A DNA stretch of 64,000 bases from Candidatus Latescibacterota bacterium (GTDB taxonomy: Bacteria > Latescibacterota > UBA2968 > GCA-2709665). The notes beneath the pieces are model-generated. The model ran no database searches, was not told the origin of the DNA, and was given only the letters and a program-made list of their open reading frames with translations. Made by a program: the position numbers and the translations under genes. Position 1 is the stretch's first letter. Each line of letters opens with the position of its first letter. The stretch lies in NCBI GenBank assembly GCA_965219995.1, contig CBDCOX010000002.1, positions 3,840,001 to 3,904,000 on the forward strand, read 5' to 3'. This document shows positions 59,601-64,000 of this stretch, piece after piece.

Positions 59601-59646
59601 GTACATCGGTACGTGGTTGGCATATATCGAATATCGTTGGCGCCAT
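56596..59646 (-). CDS. DUF499 AAA+ ATPase (BrxC-related)
   Basis: FAADL, FFANTYPT.GL, LDTSYGGGKTHGLIA, TPWGEIA, LILLDE, VLRRRLF, YPLHP, FQRVRG.LRLL. GGGAGG RBS before ATG 59646. Confidence 0.9.
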   Translation of the reverse strand: MAPTIFDICQPRTDVLEGTITEADFAADLAQVITGEGNAEYLDPARFFANTYPTRGLKNLLENVCQRLSGTGGEVASIFRLDTSYGGGKTHGLIALCHAARGMEGVSDIAEFVDPTILPQTRVRIAAFDGENADPANGRRMSEGLFAYTPWGEIAYALAGEDGYERVRKSDESRIAPGAGTLRELFGHEPVLILLDELSVYLRKVRNIEDARFQLTAFLTSLFKAVESVPNAVLVYTLAIGKDGRATDAYNEENQFIADNMAEAESVSARKATLLNPTEEDETVQVLRRRLFESIDETRIPAIVDAYKACWMANRDDLHDDANRAETVETLGSTYPLHPEILSTLTGKTATLGNFQRVRGMLRLLARTISHLWTEKPKDATAIHLHHVNPGYQPIRQEIVTRLGQSAYNPAITNDIAAGPVEKKALAEDIDARDHAGLPPYTVYVARTVFMHTLAFNDPLKGISQEQLRYSIVGPTIDISFVEVARRKFIAESAYLDDRPGAPMRFLAEANLRQIIRREEQHVDAGETRAELNDTIRDIFDNKTFETVLFPGGPFDVPDEVGDGRPKLAVLAYDGLTIGGSVDEVPELIDRIFSRKGSEGSALRALRNNLVFVVADETRKEDMRRMASRRLALQELKKPERMKDLVEHQQAKVRELEARSEHELAIAVQQCYRHVFYPSRNRIGASDTDLGHTAIDIQSASDRPGAGQKQVVRALRDLNKLRLSEDQPDSPAYVRDRTPLKKGQLTTLALREEFRRDPALPILIGDDIYIRGIRRGIEQGEYVYQRGELLFGQGDPVAAIMIDEQAVVFTMAYAENTGIWPRSPAGGQENETEEEHSAVPTGQITGSRESLHRSPIKPYSAGDGSESFSAEGILKEALVQLWEQARAKEVEAIGELSINLFEASDAFRIFGAVGGISGAEKVVKLTGGYETTERGSLELEFQGSVSDAQPVKEFLEPQLRAASTKSIDTAFQIRFELGLPLRGDAAEKITERLTRFASGGAYVSATARIEESDGAT

Positions 59647-59989
59647 CGTTTCGTTTCCCTCCCACCGTCGAGTGGGGTGCTTCCCATAGAACGGTTCTAT
59701 ACTCGATCTACTCTGCCGCGCGGGGTACGGACATAAATCCGATTGTCGTGGCGATAATTCATGAAAATCGGTAATCTTCTGGGGACGATATGTTGGGATA
59801 AGGTTGAATTCGTCTATTATAAATGATCCGCTGGCAACTTGCAAGATGTCAGCGCACGCCTTGGACATCATAACTTATTGTCAGGAGCAGCAAATAGATG
59901 ACGTCGTATGCTCCTGCTAAGGTGGGAAGGGACTTGCCCGAACGGGGACGCTTAGCATTTCGAAGCTCCCGCGTTTCGGTACCTTTTTG

Positions 59990-60028
59990 ACCCTTCGCCG
60001 ACCCTTCGACAAGCTCAGGGAGCGGTTC
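59990..60028. repeat. REP-like element
   Basis: CCCTTCGACAAGCTCAGGG identical to 26852-26870, preceded by a partial GACCCTTCG copy. Confidence 0.65.
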
Positions 60029-60166
60029 AAGGTGCCAGGCGAATGGTGTGAGGCAATGCAAACTGTAGAGTGCTCACTGTAATAATAGACACGACATCCC
60101 AATTCGATGTCGAGTCTTTCGTGTCCGCCGACCGGCATTTCCACCGTATTCTGAGATAACACCACC

Positions 60167-60943
60167 ATGAAAATCCTCATCACCGGCGCTACGGGCGTCA
60201 TTGGCAGCAGGCTGGTACCCGCGCTCGAGGGCGAACACGAACTGCGCCTGTTGAGCCGGCGTGCGTTTCCGGGCGACTCCCGGTGGCGTCAGGTGGACGT
60301 GACGGATATCGACCAGGTCTGCGACGCCGCCGAAGGGATGGACATGGCCATCCACCTGGCCATCGCCACCGGACGGGAAGGCGACTACGAAGACGACGCC
60401 TTCAACAGCCAGCGGATGGATATCAACGTCAAGGGCACGTATCACCTGTTTGAAGCTGCGAGGCGTCAGCGGCTCAAGCGAGTGGTCTACACCAGCAGCC
60501 TGACGGTTGTCTGGGGCTATCCCCCGCCGGAATGGGTGGCGGGCGACGCGCCCGCGAAACCCGTAGGGACCTACGCCCTGACCAAGTATATGGGCGAAAA
60601 GATCGCCGAATACTATGCTGACCTGCACGGACTCTCCGCGTTGTGCATGCGCATCCCAAAGCCCTTCGATGTCGACGATCCGAAGTCGAAGGACGCATCC
60701 GTTCTGCCCCAGTGGCTCGCCTTTCCCGACCTGATTCAGGCCTACAAGCTCGCCATCGATGCGCCCGACGTCGGCTGTGAGATCATCACCCTCGTGGGCG
60801 AAAGCAGCAGGCGCCGCTGGGACCTGTCCAGGGCGGAGAAGATCATCGGATACCGACCTCGATACCGGCTGGAAGACCTGGGCTACACCCTCCGGGAAGA
60901 ACCCGACACCTACAACCGCCCCAATATCGTCACTGCCCCCTGA
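60167..60943 (+). CDS. NAD-dependent epimerase/dehydratase (extended SDR, uronate-dehydrogenase-like)
   Basis: ILITGATGVIG, IHLA, NVKGT, VYTSS, YALTK. Confidence 0.88.
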   Translation: MKILITGATGVIGSRLVPALEGEHELRLLSRRAFPGDSRWRQVDVTDIDQVCDAAEGMDMAIHLAIATGREGDYEDDAFNSQRMDINVKGTYHLFEAARRQRLKRVVYTSSLTVVWGYPPPEWVAGDAPAKPVGTYALTKYMGEKIAEYYADLHGLSALCMRIPKPFDVDDPKSKDASVLPQWLAFPDLIQAYKLAIDAPDVGCEIITLVGESSRRRWDLSRAEKIIGYRPRYRLEDLGYTLREEPDTYNRPNIVTAP

Positions 60944-61098
60944 ACTCCCCTCCGCAGCCCCCGGCTCCGTTACAACTTGCCGTCCGTGCGTCTTTCTTCG
61001 TAATTTACGGGCCGCCGCCGCGTTTTCGCGCCAGGCAGTCACGTAATTCAGCGTGCGATCACGTTACGCTGATGCGCCTCGATATCCGGGAGTCGAAT

Positions 61099-61875
61099 AT
61101 GGAATCCTTACCCCTGCTTTCCGGCGACACGATGCCCGTGGTGGGCCTCGGGACCTATCCACTGAAGGGGGAACAGTGCAAGCGGGTGATCAAACAGGCC
61201 CTTGACCTCGGCTACACCCACTTCGATACGGCCTGGATCTACCGGAACCAGCGGGAGATCGGCGAAGCGCTCCGGGAGGCCGGCGTAGACAGATCCAGGC
61301 TGTTCATCACGACAAAAGTCGGTCAAGATTACCTGCGATACGACGTGGCCGTCAAACAGGCGGATGAGAATCTGCAGCTTCTCCAGTTGGACTACGTGGA
61401 TCTGCTGCTGGTACACTGGCCGCCGGATGACGTGCCGATGGAGGAAACGATCGGCGCCTTCAACACGTTCTTCGACGCGGGCAAGGCCAGAAGCATCGGT
61501 GTCAGCAATTTCTCGGTCGAGCAGATGGAAGAGGCCTGTTCCGTTTCGAAAGCGCCGATCAGCGTAAATCAGATCAAATACCATCCGGGCTATGAACTGC
61601 GCGACGTGCTGCAGTGGTGCCTGGAACACGACGTCGTCGTAACGGCGTACTCTCCGCTGGGCAAAAAGAACATCCTTCAGGACCCCGTACTGACGAATAT
61701 CGCCCGCAGCCACAACCGGACGTCCGCGCACGTCGCGCTCAGGTGGCTCGTCCAGAAGGGTATGAACGTCATCCCGAAAGCCAGTTCGGAACAGCATCTC
61801 CGGGCCAATCTGGATGTCTTCGGCTGGACCCTGTCCGAAGAGGAGATGGCGGCGATCGACGAAATGGCGAATTAG
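61099..61875 (+). CDS. Aldo/keto reductase
   Basis: MPVVGLGT, FDTAWIY, FITTKV, DLLLVHWP, IGVSNF, AYSPLG, VIPK. Confidence 0.93.
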   Translation: MESLPLLSGDTMPVVGLGTYPLKGEQCKRVIKQALDLGYTHFDTAWIYRNQREIGEALREAGVDRSRLFITTKVGQDYLRYDVAVKQADENLQLLQLDYVDLLLVHWPPDDVPMEETIGAFNTFFDAGKARSIGVSNFSVEQMEEACSVSKAPISVNQIKYHPGYELRDVLQWCLEHDVVVTAYSPLGKKNILQDPVLTNIARSHNRTSAHVALRWLVQKGMNVIPKASSEQHLRANLDVFGWTLSEEEMAAIDEMAN

Positions 61876-61896
61876 CCTGAATAACTCAGTAAACAT

Positions 61897-61928
61897 GAAC
61901 TTACATGGATGGACAGGATGAACAGGAT
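61897..61928. repeat. Nonamer-type repeat (CAGGATGAA units)
   Basis: Reverse complement of 40766-40797 with 2 mismatches. Confidence 0.7.
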
Positions 61929-61933
61929 CCACG

Positions 61934-63073
61934 ATGAGTTATGACGCCATTGTCATCGGCGGGGGCATCGTCGGGATGTCCGCCGCCTACCATCTCGTCC
62001 ACGCGGGGGCGAACACCCTGCTCGTCGACCGGAAGGATCAGGGCCGCGCCACGGACGCGGGGGCCGGTATTCTGTCTCCCGCAACCAATACGCGGGACCC
62101 GGACCCGTGGCAGCGCCTGGCCGCTCATGCCGTCGGATATTTTCCGGGACTGATCGAAAGCCTGAAAGCCGAGCAGGAGGGAGAGACCGGGTTTGCGATC
62201 TGCGGCATGATGATCGTCGCCGTATCGGACGACGAACTGGAGCCTTTCGAAATTGCCCGCCGGCACATCTTCAGCCGCCGGAGCCGGCAGGGCAGGCCCT
62301 CCGCGGAGGACCTTTACGAAATATCGTCCGACGAGGCACGCAGCCGGTTTCCCGCCCTCGCCGACGTGCAGGGGGCCATCTTCTACCGCGAGGCCGCGCG
62401 GGTGGACGGCCGCCTCCTGACGGCCGCCCTGCGCCGGGCCGCCGTGGCCGGGGGACTCACCATCCGGGAAACGGGCGTAGAAGGGCTGCGCATCGACAAC
62501 GATGCGGTCACCGGCGTCCTGACGGACGCGGGGGCCGTTTCGGCGGCTCATGTGGTTATCGCCGGCGGAGCGTGGTCGCACGCGTTCGGGCTTCAACTGG
62601 GAGTCCAGATCCCGGTGGAACCGCAGCGCGGTCAGATCATTCATCTGGGTCTTCCGGACACCGCCGATACGTCCACATGGCCCATCATCAGCGCCATTCG
62701 CGGCCACTATATGGTGCCCTGGCCGGACAACCGGGTGGTGGTGGGCGCCACGCGGGAAACCGGTTCCGGATTCGATGCCCGCACGACGGCCGCGGGTGTC
62801 CGGGAGGTGCTCGGCGAGGCGCTTCGGGTGGCGCCCGGCCTGGCCGCGGCGGAGATTCGCGAAATCCGGGTCGGTCTTCGCCCGTATACGCAGGATCTGT
62901 TGCCCGTGCTCGGCCCCGTTCCCGGCAGGAAAAACGTCTACCTGGCAACCGGCCACGGCCCCACCGGACTCCAGTTGGGGCCGTACAGCGGCAAACTTGT
63001 TGCCGACCTGATTCTGAACAGAGCCCTTTCAGTTGAACTCGATGCTTATCGAATCAATCGATTTCTGTCCTGA
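61934..63073 (+). CDS. FAD-dependent oxidoreductase (D-amino acid/glycine oxidase family)
   Basis: IVIGGGIVG, AGAG, VVIAGGAW, PQRGQ, GLRP, ATGHG..GL. Confidence 0.9.
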   Translation: MSYDAIVIGGGIVGMSAAYHLVHAGANTLLVDRKDQGRATDAGAGILSPATNTRDPDPWQRLAAHAVGYFPGLIESLKAEQEGETGFAICGMMIVAVSDDELEPFEIARRHIFSRRSRQGRPSAEDLYEISSDEARSRFPALADVQGAIFYREAARVDGRLLTAALRRAAVAGGLTIRETGVEGLRIDNDAVTGVLTDAGAVSAAHVVIAGGAWSHAFGLQLGVQIPVEPQRGQIIHLGLPDTADTSTWPIISAIRGHYMVPWPDNRVVVGATRETGSGFDARTTAAGVREVLGEALRVAPGLAAAEIREIRVGLRPYTQDLLPVLGPVPGRKNVYLATGHGPTGLQLGPYSGKLVADLILNRALSVELDAYRINRFLS

Positions 63074-63141
63074 GTGACCCGACGTCCGGCAAGGTCGCGG
63101 GAGAGAATCCATACCTGAGTCAGATGAACCCGGAAAAAGCG

Positions 63142-64000
63142 ATGACCGCCCGAATCTTCAAATGTCTGGTCGTCCGCGATGAGGACGGCAGGTACGCCCG
63201 GCACGTGGATCGCCGTCCCGTCAACGATCTTCCGGACGGTGACGTCCTCATCAGGGTCCACTATTCGTCCCTGAACTACAAGGACGCGCTTTCGGCCACC
63301 GGCCACCGCGGCGTCACCCGACACTATCCGCATACGCCCGGCATCGACGCCGCGGGCGTTGTGGAATCAAGTACGGACGCGCGCTTCAACCCCGGCGATG
63401 AAGTCATCGTCACCAGCTACGACCTGGGCGTGAACACGCCCGGCGGGTTCGGCCAGTACATCCGCGTGCCGGCCGATTGGATCGTGCCCCTTCCCGCTGG
63501 TCTTGCCTTGCGCGAATCGATGGTCTACGGGACCGCCGGATTTACCGCCGCCATGTCGGTACACAGACTCGAAGGCCATGGCGTCGTTCCGGACACCGGC
63601 GAGATTCTGGTTACGGGCGCCACGGGCGGTGTGGGCAGCCTGGCCGTCGCAATCCTCGCCGGGCTGGGTTACAAGGTGGTCGCGGCCACCGGCAAACCCG
63701 ACAGGAAGCAGTTCCTGCTCGACATCGGCGCGGCCGAAGTCGTGTCCCGCGGTGAGGTCGACGATTCCGGCGGGCGCCCGCTCCTGGCGGAACGCTGGGC
63801 AGGCGTCGTGGATACGGCCGGCGGTAATATCCTGGCAACCGCCATCAAGGCGACGCGCAGCCGGGGAATTGTGACGTGCTGCGGTCTCGTCGCTTCCGCG
63901 GAACTGAGCGTCAGCGTCTTCCCGTTCATCCTGCGAGGCGTCAGCCTGACGGGGATCGACTCCGCCGAGTGCCCAATGCCGGAGAGAACATCCCTCTGGA
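63142..64000 (+). CDS. YhdH/YhfP (AcuI-like) MDR oxidoreductase, runs off the window edge
   Basis: Not in the ORF track. Manual translation gives DLPDGDVLIRVHYSSLNYKDALSATG..YPHTPGIDAAG..YGTAGFTAA..VTGATGGVGS. Alternative in-frame ATG at 63124. Confidence 0.9.
   Translation, partial: MTARIFKCLVVRDEDGRYARHVDRRPVNDLPDGDVLIRVHYSSLNYKDALSATGHRGVTRHYPHTPGIDAAGVVESSTDARFNPGDEVIVTSYDLGVNTPGGFGQYIRVPADWIVPLPAGLALRESMVYGTAGFTAAMSVHRLEGHGVVPDTGEILVTGATGGVGSLAVAILAGLGYKVVAATGKPDRKQFLLDIGAAEVVSRGEVDDSGGRPLLAERWAGVVDTAGGNILATAIKATRSRGIVTCCGLVASAELSVSVFPFILRGVSLTGIDSAECPMPERTSLW

Larger units (their letters stand above)
44450..60050 (-). other. Lower-GC anti-phage defence island (boundaries approximate)
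   Basis: Visible compositional shift. Nine co-oriented ORFs, mostly from defence families. No integrase or transposase seen. Confidence 0.75.

Noticed and set aside
45979-59646. Canonical BREX or DISARM system
   Set aside because: No PglZ, BrxL, BrxA/B, DrmA/DrmB or DUF1998 gene. The content fits the DUF499/DUF1156 restriction-like class.
59647-59871. 75-aa N-terminal extension of the DUF499 ATPase
   Set aside because: Family-like sequence and a strong RBS begin at ATG 59646.
44450-60050. Prophage, ICE or transposon as carrier of the island
   Set aside because: No integrase, transposase, relaxase, phage genes or att-like direct repeats were seen.

Overview
GC-rich bacterial DNA with no rRNA, tRNA or CRISPR seen. 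The gene content (many heparinase-like lyases, uncharacterised TIM-barrel paralogues, a Sel1 protein) resembles marine or sponge-associated uncultured lineages; this is inference only. Five blocks: (1) 1-15.5 kb, minus-strand housekeeping genes: tig-clpP-clpX-engB, class V aminotransferase-serA, purA, pentapeptide protein-moaA, siroheme nitrite/sulfite reductase with a HEPN-like tail, hypothetical, ferredoxin, and the 5' part of gltB. (2) 15.7-17.6 kb, a radical SAM enzyme with tetraether synthase (Tes/GDGT-MAS) family motifs. (3) 17.8-44 kb, a catabolic region with four heparinase II/III-like proteins, three paralogous glycoside-hydrolase-like barrels, an enolase-superfamily enzyme, oxidoreductases, and an AT-richer islet holding a frameshifted Sel1 gene. 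(4) About 44.5-60 kb, a lower-GC defence island: a DUF499 ATPase / DUF1156 methyltransferase / PLD-SNF2 system with a Menshen-like DUF262-ATPase-effector cassette nested inside and a nucleoside-deoxyribosyltransferase/TIR-like gene at its end. (5) 60-64 kb, oxidoreductases. The intergenic DNA carries a modular repeat family of conserved cores flanked by inverted heptamer tracts, including four tandem units with an exact 100-bp period. All product calls come from motif recognition, not database searches.
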